A stretch of 64,000 nucleotides of DNA from Eledone cirrhosa (taxonomy: Eukaryota): positions 350,920,001-350,984,000 of the forward strand of contig OZ024741.1 in the NCBI GenBank assembly GCA_964016885.1, written 5' to 3'. The position numbers were made by a program, and so were the translations under genes. Under the pieces are notes generated by a model. It was not told where the DNA came from. It ran no database searches and worked only from the letters and a program-made list of their open reading frames with translations. This document shows, one piece after another, positions 50,149 to 61,106 of the stretch. Every line of letters begins with the position of its first letter. Within the stretch, counting starts at the first letter, position 1.

Positions 50149-53091
50149 GGGAGACATGATATGAAGCTTAAAAAACACTTGCGAGCAGTGAAGTGTTAAA
50201 TCAACATACAAAAAATAAAGTAAGATGGATATATGAGATTGGGAAAAAAAAAGAAAAAGAGGGGGTGGGGGTAGGAAAAGGTGAGGAAGAAAGAAAATAA
50301 AGGATGAAAGGATGACGAAGGAGGAGTATAAGGAAAGATGAGAGAGGAGGAGAAATGAGTGATAGAGAGAGAGAAATAGGCTTTACAACTGAGAAAACAT
50401 TGTCTTACAGAGAGAAATAAAAAAACCGTTGGAAGATAATAGATAATTTTAAAAGATTTTGAAATTAAAAGTTAATGAGGTTTATGAATGGTGATGTTTA
50501 TGATTAAAGAAAAAGGAATTAAGAATAGTATTTATTTAAGGTTTATATATTGAAGGGTTTAATAATATATGCGAAAAAAAGAATTTATTAATATGTATTA
50601 TTAAAATAAAAACATTAAGGATATAATGTGAAAGAAGGAGAGATTGAGTGAATTATGAACTTAGAGGAATTAGTTAGGGTTTAAGTTTGTTTTTAAGTAT
50701 TGTAATATGTAAAAGTAAATAATAGGTTTAATATGAGCATGGAAGGAGAGAAGAAAGAAGAAAATTTAAGGAAGAAAAAATATCTAACGTCAAAAAGTAT
50801 ATATGTTTATAAAATTTTCTAATGGTAATATTATTATATATTAAAAAAATATAGTTTCTATGGCCAATAATATAAGGAAAAATGGAAAAATGGAAAAAGC
50901 TATAGTGAGTAATAATATGAATTAAGAAGTGAGTAATAATATGAATTGGGAAGTGAAAGTTACAGATTAAAGATTAGAAATTAAAAAGGAAGAAAGGAAA
51001 AAGGATAAAAAGAAGAAAGATAGAGGACCTCTAACGACATAGAATGAATAAATTGTATAATATAATATACTGAAATAAGGTAGAAAGATGGGTATATTTG
51101 TAAAAGATATAAAAGCCTTTGAGAAAAGGAGATTTTAAACTAATTAGGTATTGAGATATTAGCTGTATACTTTATGGAAAGTTCTATGGGATTTATGCGA
51201 AAATAAATCCGTACGTCTATTTATTATAGAATTAAAATTAGATATAATGGTAAATTTCTCGGCTAGGCAGAGATTATATGTTCTGGATAGGGAAGAATTT
51301 CGGTAAGGAAAGGCGTTTCAAACCTTCCTCCAAGAGATGTTATAGTTAATATTTTTGTCTTTTAAGGACCATATGAGTTCCGAGAGTGCCGTGTTAGTTC
51401 TTTTAAGTTGGTATTTAAAAGACGATTTGTGCTTATAAAATCTTGCTTTAAAGGAAGTGGAAGTGGAACCGAAATAGGTAAAAGAATTAGTATCAGTTAT
51501 AACCTTACATTCATACACTAAGTTTTTATCTAGACATTGGTTATTAAGAGGACATTTAGTTCTAACAGGGCAATTACAATTACGATTAGAGAAATTAACA
51601 GAGTTATTAACAAATGACCTAGTATTATTTATAGAAGGAATTGGATTGGAGAAGTTATTTACGATAGGAACTATAGTTTCCTGATTTAGATTGGTGTTAT
51701 GAACATTCAACAAAGTTACGTTTGACGTCGTATTTAAATTTACTGAATCTAGCCTAGAGTTAACAATGACGTCGAGTTTACTATTGTTATTATTATGACG
51801 CTCAGTGTTGGATGGATATAATTTATTATTTAATATTTTATTATTGTGTTTAGAGATAATGTTAGAGATGTTGGAAGTGGTGGAATAAGAGAATTTGATT
51901 GTATGTTTGTTAAAGATCTTACTATAGATATGCAAGGGAGGGAAGCATTTATCTAAGGCCCTAAAGAATAGTTTAGGAATATTACTAGTAATAGATAGAG
52001 AAAAAGGAGCATTATACCAAATCATATTTTTGTATCTAGGTCTTTTATTTAAGTTATTGGAATGTTCATAATTAACTATTTTACTATAAGTCCTTCGATG
52101 ATTGGTTTCTTTACTGTATTTAATTTTATCAGGATAACCGGCTTTGGAAAGCGCATTATTATAGTAATTGGCATTAACGTCGAAGATAACTTTATTAGAG
52201 GATAGATTTGAGATTCTTTTTTCAATATTACTGACTATAGCATTTTTAACGTTAGTGGGGTGGTTAGATTTAAAATTAACATAATTTAGATTCTCATTGT
52301 CTTTATGGTAAGGGTAATATAGGCCAGTGTCAAGATTAAGGGATATATCCAGGAAGTTAGCTAGTTTGACGTTGTTATCAAATTCAATTTTAAGGTTATG
52401 GTGCTTAAATAGATCAAGTATATTGTTCTTAATAATATTAAGGTTAACTAAGTTACAGTTTAAGACAGTAAAAAGGGCATCGTCACGATAAATTCTACCA
52501 CGAAGTTGAGGATTTTTCCGATTTAAAGAATTTAAAATAAAGATACCAATTAAGTCCGTCAGTTGCGATGAATCGGACGCACCCATTGTGATATCAAAAT
52601 TGTTGGAAGTATCAGTTCTAGTCCAATATTCGATGTTGAATTCCAGGATAGTTTTTCTTGCGGTGAGAATGATGTAAAGTTCATCTGTGGTAATGTCAGA
52701 ATATTTAAATGCGAAAGATAGAGCGTTGTTGAGAATAAATTTTTGTTTGTTTTTATTATTTAGGTCATTGAACCAGTCAATTACTTCAGATGTACCAATC
52801 CATAAATTTAAGTTAGAAATAGAGCAATTAGAACGAACCTGTGGGATAATTCTATCCAAGATGGATTTATGAACAACCCCCAGATCTGATTTAGATGGGG
52901 CGATTAGTCTAACAGGCAGTTCCGTTCGAAAGTTACTTTTATGATCCTTGAGATTTATCCTCGGAGTTCTTGGGAAGAATGGTTCGGTCTTTTTCTCGAT
53001 GCCAAGTTTAGACAGAAGCTTCCAAATTGTCGTGGTTAGTTTTACGATAATTCTTCCTTAGTTCCTTAAGGATAAGGTTATTATACTTATC

Positions 53092-53938
53092 GTACCAATA
53101 ACAACGCTTTGCCTGTGTCACAGGACTTTAACTTTTGGCACACTTAGTCCCCGGGGAAGTCTTCGCGGATGGTCAGACTTCCACGGTTTAAGCCCTCTCG
53201 CCACGTCAAGGCGGTGCCGGGAAGGAGACCAACGGGCGATCGCCATCCGCGGCGAAATGTACCGTCCACCAGCCAGAGACGCCATCTAATCAGAACTGCA
53301 ATGGCATTTCACGCTAACCTGTGAAAGACAGGTGGAAAGGCACACGATGCCTGAAAGCCTCCAAGCCAAAACTATACGTCATCAAGCTAATCTAAACGAA
53401 CCGAGACGCTGTTGTCCCTCGCCCGGTGACAGCTGGCAAAAGGCTGCTCTAAGAGGCCAAGCCGTTGTGTCCGTAATCTAATCTAATCTAATCTAAACGC
53501 TCCGTCACTCGCCCTGTGACGGGTGGCCGGGAAATCCTAAGACAACCTGGCCCATGCGTTGTAAACTAAGCTAACTAACAAGAGGCCCTCGTCATCGCCC
53601 GTGACGGGTCATTTGGCTACCTTAAGAGATTTTATTTTAAGACAGGTGGAAAGGCACACGATGCCCGAAAGCCTCCAAGCCAAAACTATACGTCATCAAG
53701 CTAATCTAAACGAACCGAGACGCTGTTGTCCCTCGCCCGGTGACAGCTGGCAAAAGGCTGCTCTAAGAGGCCAAGCCGTTGTGTCCGTAATCTAATCTAA
53801 TCTAAACGCTCCGTCACTCGCCCTGTGACGGGTGGCCGGGAAATCCTAAGACAACCTGGCCCATGCGTTGTAAACTAAGCTAACTAACAAGACGCCCTCG
53901 TCATCGCCCGTGACGGGTCATTTGGCTACCTTAAGAGA
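53092..53938 (-). other. GC-rich non-PLE insert, R2-leader-like: begins with the 28S rRNA target-site sequence; ~314-bp tandem duplication (53327-53640, 53641-53949)
   Basis: Minus-strand TCTCTTAAGGTAGCCAAATG at 53610-53629 and 53919-53938; abrupt GC shift relative to the PLE. Confidence 0.6.
53137..53218 (-). ncRNA. Candidate HDV-like ribozyme core
   Basis: P2 ggcac, P3 gcc, L3 ttgacgt, P3' ggc, P1'-like gagaggg, P4 ggaagtct/agacttcc, J4/2 actaa, P2' gtgcc; P1 and P1.1 not assigned unambiguously. Confidence 0.45.
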
Positions 53939-54404
53939 TTTTATTTTAATAATACATATTAATAAATTCTTTTTTTCGCACATATTATTAAACCCTTCAA
54001 TATATAAACCTTAAATAAATACTATTCTTAATTCATTTTTCTTTAATCATAAACATCACCATCCATAAACCTCATTAACTTTTAATTTCAAAATCTTTTA
54101 AAATTATCTATCATCTTTCAACGGTTTTTTTATTTCTTTCTGTAAGACAATGTTTTCTCAGTCATAAAGGCTATTTCTCTCTCTCTATCACTCATTTCTC
54201 CTCCTCTCTCATCCTTCCTTCTTATACTCCTCCCTCGTCATCCTTTCATCCTTTATTTTCTTTCTTCCTCACCTTTTCCTACCCCCACCTCCTCTTTTTC
54301 TTTTTTTTTCCCAACCTCATATATCCATCTTACTTTATTTTTCGTATGTTGATTTAACACTTCACTGCTCGCAAGTGTTTTTTAAGCTTCATATCATGTC
54401 TCCC

Positions 54405-54475
54405 TATTTTATCTGATGAGAACGCAAATATCATCCCATGATGATATTTGTTTTTGAAATGCGCATAATAAAATA
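54405..54475 (+). ncRNA. Type I hammerhead ribozyme in the inverted PLE terminus
   Basis: Inverted copy of 50078-50148; predicted cleavage after AUA at 54467. Confidence 0.85.
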
Positions 54476-54566
54476 CTTGGAACTCTTTTAACCATCTTTT
54501 GATCTTATATATATATATATATATATATAAACGGTTGTTTTTCCTTTTCCGTACAACTTCATTCAG

Positions 54567-54609
54567 ACCGAGCTGAAGATCCGCACAAGGTGAAACATTT
54601 GTTCTCAGT
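54567..54609 (+). ncRNA. Minimal type I hammerhead motif in a ~110-bp relic between TA runs
   Basis: accgag-CTGAAGA-tccgcacaaggt-GAAA-catttg-TT-ctcagt. Confidence 0.55.
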
Positions 54610-55274
54610 ATGGTGAGCTAACTGTTGTGGAACTACTTCTATATATATATATATACATATATATATGGTGAAGGCAGATGGCTTAATGGCTAGAGCATCG
54701 GGCTTACAATCATGAGGTTGTGAGTTTGATTCCCGGACCGGGCTTTGTGTTGTGTCCTTGAGCAAGACACATTATTTCACGTTGCTCCAGTTCACTCCAC
54801 TGTAGAAATGAGTTGTGACGTTATTAATGCCAAGTTATATCGGCCTTTGTCTTCCTCTTGGAGAAGACTGGTATGGATGGGCGACTGCTGGTCTTTCACA
54901 AACAACCTTGCCCAGACTTCCCCTCAGAGGGGAACTTTCTAGGTGCAAATCCCATGGTCATTCGTGACGAAAGGGGGTCTTTACTTTACTATGCTATATA
55001 TATAATTTATAAATACAATATCTAGAATGTCATAATGATCTTCAATACTTGGTGGTTGTTTCTAATGAAACTGTGGAATGTCTATGGAGTCAGCTAGTAA
55101 TAATGGATAACTTAAACAAAAGAAAACCCACTAAAAATTGTTCCTAAATTCAAGCAAATAAAAAAATTAGATCACTGTTGGATGTTCAGTATTGGCCAAG
55201 ACGGAATATGTAAATCAACAGAATCACATTGACTAATATCTCTACTGGACAATATATAAAGGTTTAGTATAAAT

Positions 55275-55712
55275 CAGGGGTTAGACTAAAGGAATCAAAA
55301 AGGCTATTACATCTTGGGGAAGAGGCACAGTGAGCCAAAGGCGAGATGAGGCGGGTGTGGGGGGTCTTGATTTCCACCAGTTATAATGCTAATTTGTATT
55401 ACAACTGATAGGCTGTTATTTTTCTCTTTTTGTTTTCATCAAGATGAACACACATATGATAGTAAATGGGATATGAGAATTAGTACAAAATATAGGGGGT
55501 CAAATTTTCCTTAATTCCATTTTTACTTTTGGTAAACTCCTTTTTTCAATTTTATTGTATTTCATGGGTCAATTGCAATAAATTCTATTATAAATATTAT
55601 TAAAACAGGGACAAATTACTAAGTTTTGGGAAAATATTAATAATGAAATGGGACATAAAAAAGTAGTTTACAAGCTACATGTGGCTTGTAGGTCACATAT
55701 TTAAGACCCCTG
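55275..55712. mobile_element. Non-autonomous hAT element
   Basis: CAGGGGT...ACCCCTG termini with exact 8-bp TSD gtataaat. Confidence 0.75.
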
Positions 55713-56241
55713 GTATAAATATCAGTTATTACAGCCCACACCTATGAGGGCTTATCTGGTCTTTTACATGGTTACTTCTCATAGGCAGTTTCTTGGATGA
55801 CTTAATGATAGAGGCCCCAGTCATATTATTAAAAGACTTACCCTTAGACTGAATGTCAGTCTGTTGAATGGGTTAAACCCCAGCTGTATAGTACTCATTT
55901 TTGTTCACCTGAGTGGTCCAGAGTGATGTGAAATGAAGTGTCTTGCTTAAGGACACAATATGCTGCCTGATCCAGGAATCACACCCAAGACCTTATGATT
56001 TTGAGTTCAACAACCTAACCCTAGGCTATATGCCTTCTATATAAATATTAGTGACAGATGTTAGATATAAGTCTCAAAGCCAGTGGTTTATCCTCTGTGA
56101 ATCAATGAAAGGCCTCCATCTGGTTACACAGCCTGCCAGAAATAGCAGCTAAATCTCTTCTACCTAAAACCACATTCCTGCTGTTTTAAAAAAAGAAGAA
56201 ACAAAAAAGATAATGTCATATATAATCTGGCAGGAAGGTAT

Positions 56242-56284
56242 ACGTTGCTGACGATAGCTAATAAGCTTGAAACTAGTACAGCGT
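56242..56284 (+). ncRNA. Type I hammerhead ribozyme (unit 1)
   Basis: acgttg-CTGACGA-tagctaataagctt-GAAA-ctag-TA-cagcgt; cleavage after GUA at 56278. Confidence 0.85.
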
Positions 56285-56657
56285 TCCTTTGTCAGTGTTG
56301 AACAAACGAGCAACGATGGTTGCTAGACACTACGGCTTAATACGGGATGTTTGTTTACAAACACACCAAGCATTATAATAAATGTTCGGTGAATCCATAC
56401 GTACATATATATATGTGTGCATGTATGTATATATACATACTACTGTACGTCTGTATACATATATGTATGTACGTGTACATACTTGTATTTAAGTAACAAC
56501 CGTACTAAGGGTGAGAAATGAAATTTCGTTTCATTTTTTCCGTTTATCGTTTTCGGTGCATCCGGCTGATTAACCCACTCAATATCCAAATTGGGCTACT
56601 CAGCCATTAATATGCATAAGGTAAGTATATACGTTCAACAATCTGGCAGGAAGGTAT

Positions 56658-56700
56658 ACGTTGCTGACGATAGCTAATAAGCTTGAAACTAGTACAGCGT
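56658..56700 (+). ncRNA. Type I hammerhead ribozyme (unit 2)
   Basis: Identical to unit 1; cleavage after 56694. Confidence 0.85.
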
Positions 56701-57581
56701 TCCTTTGTCAGTGTTGAAAAAACAAGCAACGATGGTTGCTAGACACTACTGCTTAATACGGGATGTTTGTTTACAAACACACCAAGCATTATAATAAATG
56801 TTCGGTGAATCCATACGTACATATATATATGTGTGCATGTATGTATATATATATATACATACTACTGTACGTCTGTATACATATATGTATGTACATGTAC
56901 ATACTTGTATTTAAGTAACAGCCGTACTAAGGGTGGGAAATGAAATTTCGTTTCATTTTTTCCGTCATATATAAGCTATGCCTAAAAAAAAAAAGAATGG
57001 AGTGGTCACAACTGGAATGCCTTTGATCACATGTCTGCTCAATGAATGGCAACCAAGGTCTGAACAACAACAATAACAACATCATCCTCTGAGATAGACC
57101 CATCATTACTGAGTGAAATATCAGTATTGACAGTGTGATGTTATCCTCAATGACTTAGCAGATAAAACTTGCCAATAAAATAAGTACCAGTCATGTACTG
57201 GTGCCAATGTTAGAAATCTTCAGCTTTAAGTTCAATTTCTGGCAAAGTTGTCAACTTTATCTTTCTGTTATTTTTCAGTAAGGGTGGGGTTTATTGAAGG
57301 ATGGGGTTGGTTAAGGGAGTGGGGGTTATGTAGCATCGGATTAACCTAGTAGTAAGAGTAGCATTTGCTACAGGTTCCTCATTTTCAGGACCCCAACACT
57401 CAGTGCTTTATACTATAGTAATGTCACCTTTTTAAAAATTTAGGGCCTCTTTATAGTATAACCTAATCTGGCACTGGCTTTGTGGATAAGTAGCAGGGAC
57501 ATTGTGAAATGAATAACTCTAAACCCTCCTCCTTCTCCCAACTTAGTAATTGGTTTATATCCTAAGAGGTGAAATCAATTA

Positions 57582-57792
57582 CTGTATATACTCAAATATA
57601 AGCTGACATGAATAGAAGCCAACCCCACTATTTTATGTTTGAGAAATGGGCAAAAACCAAAATCTTATTTACATAGAATTTGAAGTTGGTGAAAATCATA
57701 AAAATATTGACCCTGAATATAAGCCAACCCCCTCCCTTCTACCAACCATTTTTTGGTCATATATTCCTCATCTTATATTCGAGTATATACAG
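57582..57792. mobile_element. TA-flanked Tc1/pogo-type MITE (related decayed copy at about 860-1020)
   Basis: TIRs ctgtatatactcaaatataag / cttatattcgagtatatacag. Confidence 0.7.
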
Positions 57793-57806
57793 TAGGTCAA
57801 ATTTAC

Positions 57807-57853
57807 CTGACAGCAGCTGTATTTATGGAAGGTTTCTCTGATTGTTCCAATGC
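57807..57853 (-). CDS. SLC15A1/2-like small exon
   Basis: ttgcag acceptor, ag|gtaaat donor; ALEQSEKPSINTAAV; provides the needed phase 0 to phase 2 bridge. Confidence 0.75.
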
Positions 57854-58037
57854 CTGCAATGACAATATCAACATGTTCATTATCATCATCATCATCATCA
57901 TCGTTTAACGTCTATCTTCCACACTAGCATATAATAATAATAATAATAATAAAATTATTGTGTACAGTGCTCAGTACACTACAACTCATCATCATTATCA
58001 TCATCACCATTTAACATCTATTTAGATTTGTATATAC

Positions 58038-59241
58038 ATCATCACCGTTTTACGTCCGTTCTTCCACGCTAGCATGGGTTAGACGGGTTGTCCTGTTGTG
58101 GGCAGTGTCCGGTCGGCTGACCTTGTCTTGCTCATATGGGAACTGATTCTGGCTTGATTTCTACAGCTGGATGCACATCCTAACACCAAACTCATTTACA
58201 GTGAGTGCTAGGTGTTTTTTTTCCGTGGCGCCTAGACGTCCATTTTACAGTGTGGGCTGGATGCTTTTTTGCCGTGGCACCTCCACAACCACTTTGCAGT
58301 GGGAGGGTGTGGGGACATATTGTCTATATGCTATTGCAGGGAAGAGTGGCTGTAAAATGATGATGATGATGATGATGATGCTTCAGCTTCGGCTTGTACC
58401 CATAGGGGGTCGTGTCATCTGTATTACTGCGTGACGCCAGAGGTCACGGTCGTGTGTCATCGCCTTTGAGAGGTGGAATTGGGTAAGGTCGGCTTTTATC
58501 ACCTCATCCCAGGTCTTCTTGGGTCTCCCCACTCCGCGGTTTCCATCGACTTCTAGTGCTCTGCACCTTTTTATGCAGCTGTCATCCTTCATACGCATCA
58601 CATGTCCATACCAACGCAACAGCCTCTCCTGCACACAGCATTTGATTCCTCTTATGCTCAGTCTCTCTCTCAATTCATTTATGCTTTGCCATTCGTGTAT
58701 ATTACTATTACACATCCATCGGAGCATGCAGGCTTTCTTTCTAATCTACGCAAGTCTTCCACTGTCAGCGCCCAGGTCTCACTACCATGTGACATTGCTG
58801 TTCATATACACGCATCATACAGTCTGCCTTTCATTTTGAGGGAAAAGCCTTTTGGAGCTAGCAGTGGCAGTAGCTCCCTGAACTTCTTCCATCCCGTTCT
58901 TACCCTAGTTATTGTACTTTCTGAACACCCACCTCCACTGCTAATTCGATCACCTAGGTAGCAGAAGCTGTCTACTGTTTCTACAGAGCCCTCCCAGAGT
59001 TTGGTGGTACTTGTTTCCTGTGGCTGTTTGCTGCCTGCTGTCCTATCACAGCTGCTGCATGTGAAGCCTACATTCTTAGTTAAGCTTCCTGAGATCCCGC
59101 TACATCTCTTGTGTACCCATTGTTTGCATTTGGGGAAGAGAATAGAGTTCCTACCTACATCTTTCCTACATACTGAACAAGGCCATTTCCCTGAGGGGAT
59201 CTGGGTTCTGTTTTCTCATCTACTTACAAGGACCTTAGTCT
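58038..59241 (-). mobile_element. RTE family B 3' fragment
   Basis: High identity to 19165-20312, with frameshifts. Confidence 0.9.
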
Positions 59242-59858
59242 TATATACATATAAATAGGCAGCAAAATGGCAGTCTTTAGAACATCAGATAGAATACTTT
59301 GCAGTATTCATTCTGGATTTCTGATCTTTGAGTTCAAATCCTATTGAGGTCAACTTTGCCTTTCGTCCTTTTGAGGTTGATAAAAAAAATACCAATTTAG
59401 TACTGGAATTAATTCTTCCTCTGCATCTCTTTCTCATTTCCTCTCCTCTCACTTCCTATCATCCTTCTCTGGAAGAAATCTCCTTTATTCAGACATGGAG
59501 AGGAATGGGCTCTGCGAGGCTTAAAATACCATAGAAATGCCATTAAAGTGCCCCTATGAGTCCATCAGGAGTTATGGGACCATGCATACGAGCGAAAGAT
59601 ATCTGTCATCTGACCAATTTTGCCTCAAGTGGAACAACTCCCGTCTAACCCATGCTAGCATGGAAGATAGACGTTAAACGATGATGATGATGATATATAT
59701 ATATATAGCAATTATTTAACACTGGAAATATCAATGTGGTTAGATTTGTTTAAGGATGTCTGACCCTGGATTTAATAGACTTGTGTATGACAGCAAAAAA
59801 TAACTGCAGATATCATGTTTAATGGTTAACAACAAAACCAGTTTATGAATTGACATAC

Positions 59859-60017
59859 TTGTATGGCATGGATTTTAGTGTCCTGTTCATATAAAAATAG
59901 TCGACTTGCATGGCCTTTGTTAAGATGAATTTCAAGTTTGGTCATATTATCATTTGTACAAGATTCAGAATAGCTGACTGAGATGTTTTCTGGTTTATTC
60001 TTGCTTATGTTTGACGA
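59859..60017 (-). CDS. SLC15A1/2-like exon (extracellular domain)
   Basis: aaacag acceptor, gtatgt donor; 53 open codons SSNISKNKPENISVSYSESC...KIHAIQ. Confidence 0.8.
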
Positions 60018-60588
60018 CTGTTTAAAATAGAAAACAGAAAATTAAACAAACATCATTATTTCTTTTATTCTTCTATTGGTTTCAGTCATTCGGCTACAGA
60101 CATGCTGGGGCACCACCATCTTAAAGAGATTTAGTAGATGATATTATCTTATCAAGTCTAGTACTTACTGATTTCTTTCTGTCAAAATGCTAAGTTATGG
60201 GACATACACACACACAAGCTCCTGCACAATTTTCATCAACCAAATTTCACTGACAAGAAACATTTGGTAGATTAAATATGGTAGAAATTTGAGAAAGTTA
60301 GTGATATTATTAAATCCCTCCAAATTCTTGATTATTTTCACAACTATTTGGAAATCATGGGCAGTGTTTTTCATTAAAAATATAATAACAAATATATAAG
60401 TATTTGTGGAATACTCAGCCACAAATACTATAATTCAATGATTAAGTAATTTTGTTGATCAAACAACTGGAACTGTTGTTCATTGAAAATAACAAGAGAC
60501 CCATTAATTTATTATTGTTAGATATTAAGGTGCATCTGTATTAAAATATTTTTTTAAAATAAGGCATCATTAAGAGTTATATACTCAC

Positions 60589-60705
60589 CTGAAGATACTG
60601 GAGGTCCCCAGTAAAATAAATGGACTCTACTGATACTTCACATGAAGCTATATTTATAATAGTCAGCCCACTTTGGCCAGGGGGAATCTGAATATCAGCT
60701 GTATC
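60589..60705 (-). CDS. SLC15A1/2-like exon (start of extracellular domain)
   Basis: gtatag acceptor, cag|gtgagt donor; DTADIQIPPGQSGLTIINIASCEVSVESIYFTGDLQYLQ. Confidence 0.85.
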
Positions 60706-61024
60706 CTATACAAATTTAAAAAAAAAAGATAAATATAAATGTAATAAATTAATAAAAGTATAATTCAGGCTACAAAAGTATATAAACAATTTTACAAAAA
60801 AAATTGTTATTTTTAAGTAAATAAATTAATACAAGTGCTTTAAAGCCATTTTCCCCTGCTAAAGCAGAGGTTAGCTCTGCAGGCCCCATGACAAGCTTCA
60901 TAGTTATTTTTGAGGCCTTTCTTTGTCACCTTTTCAACATGCAGGGATACAGTGTATCTAAGAAAACAACAAAATTTGAGAGAAAATGATTGTAAGTATT
61001 GTTAAGTGATTATAGTGAACTTAC

Positions 61025-61106
61025 ATTGAGATGAAGTTGGACAAAGCCAGCCATTAGGAAAGCTGAGGTTGCAAATATCATACCAGTTACCATCCTTTGA
61101 AGTGGT
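61025..61106 (-). CDS. SLC15A1/2-like exon (TM9)
   Basis: PLQRMVTGMIFATSAFLMAGFVQLHLN, cf. PepT LKKMAVGMVLASMAFVVAAIVQ; AG/GT boundaries. Confidence 0.92.

Larger units (their letters stand above)
49950..54510 (-). mobile_element. Penelope-like element (RT + GIY-YIG), 5'-truncated, with inverted terminal copy (50043-50611 vs 53939-54510), inserted in a TA microsatellite
   Basis: ORF 51318-52859: FDITMGA, IYRDD, NFLDISL, SNHP, CNC..CPLNNQCL, VYECKV..TYFGST..FKARF; frameshifted CNLC tail; ~570-bp inverted repeat. Confidence 0.92.
56226..56963 (+). mobile_element. Retrozyme-like tandem element: ~1.8 copies of a 416-bp non-coding unit, 11-bp TSD
   Basis: Direct repeat at offset 416; TSD gtcatatataa at 56215-56225 and 56964-56974; one hammerhead per unit. 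Confidence 0.8.

Noticed and set aside
53610-53938. 28S rRNA gene/pseudogene or group I intron
   Set aside because: Only 20 nt match rRNA; downstream conserved 28S sequence and group I P/Q/R/S motifs are not seen
55842-55860. Possible 19-nt minus-strand micro-exon (cag...gg|gtaagt)
   Set aside because: Would break the frame between exons 57807-57853 and 49580-49702
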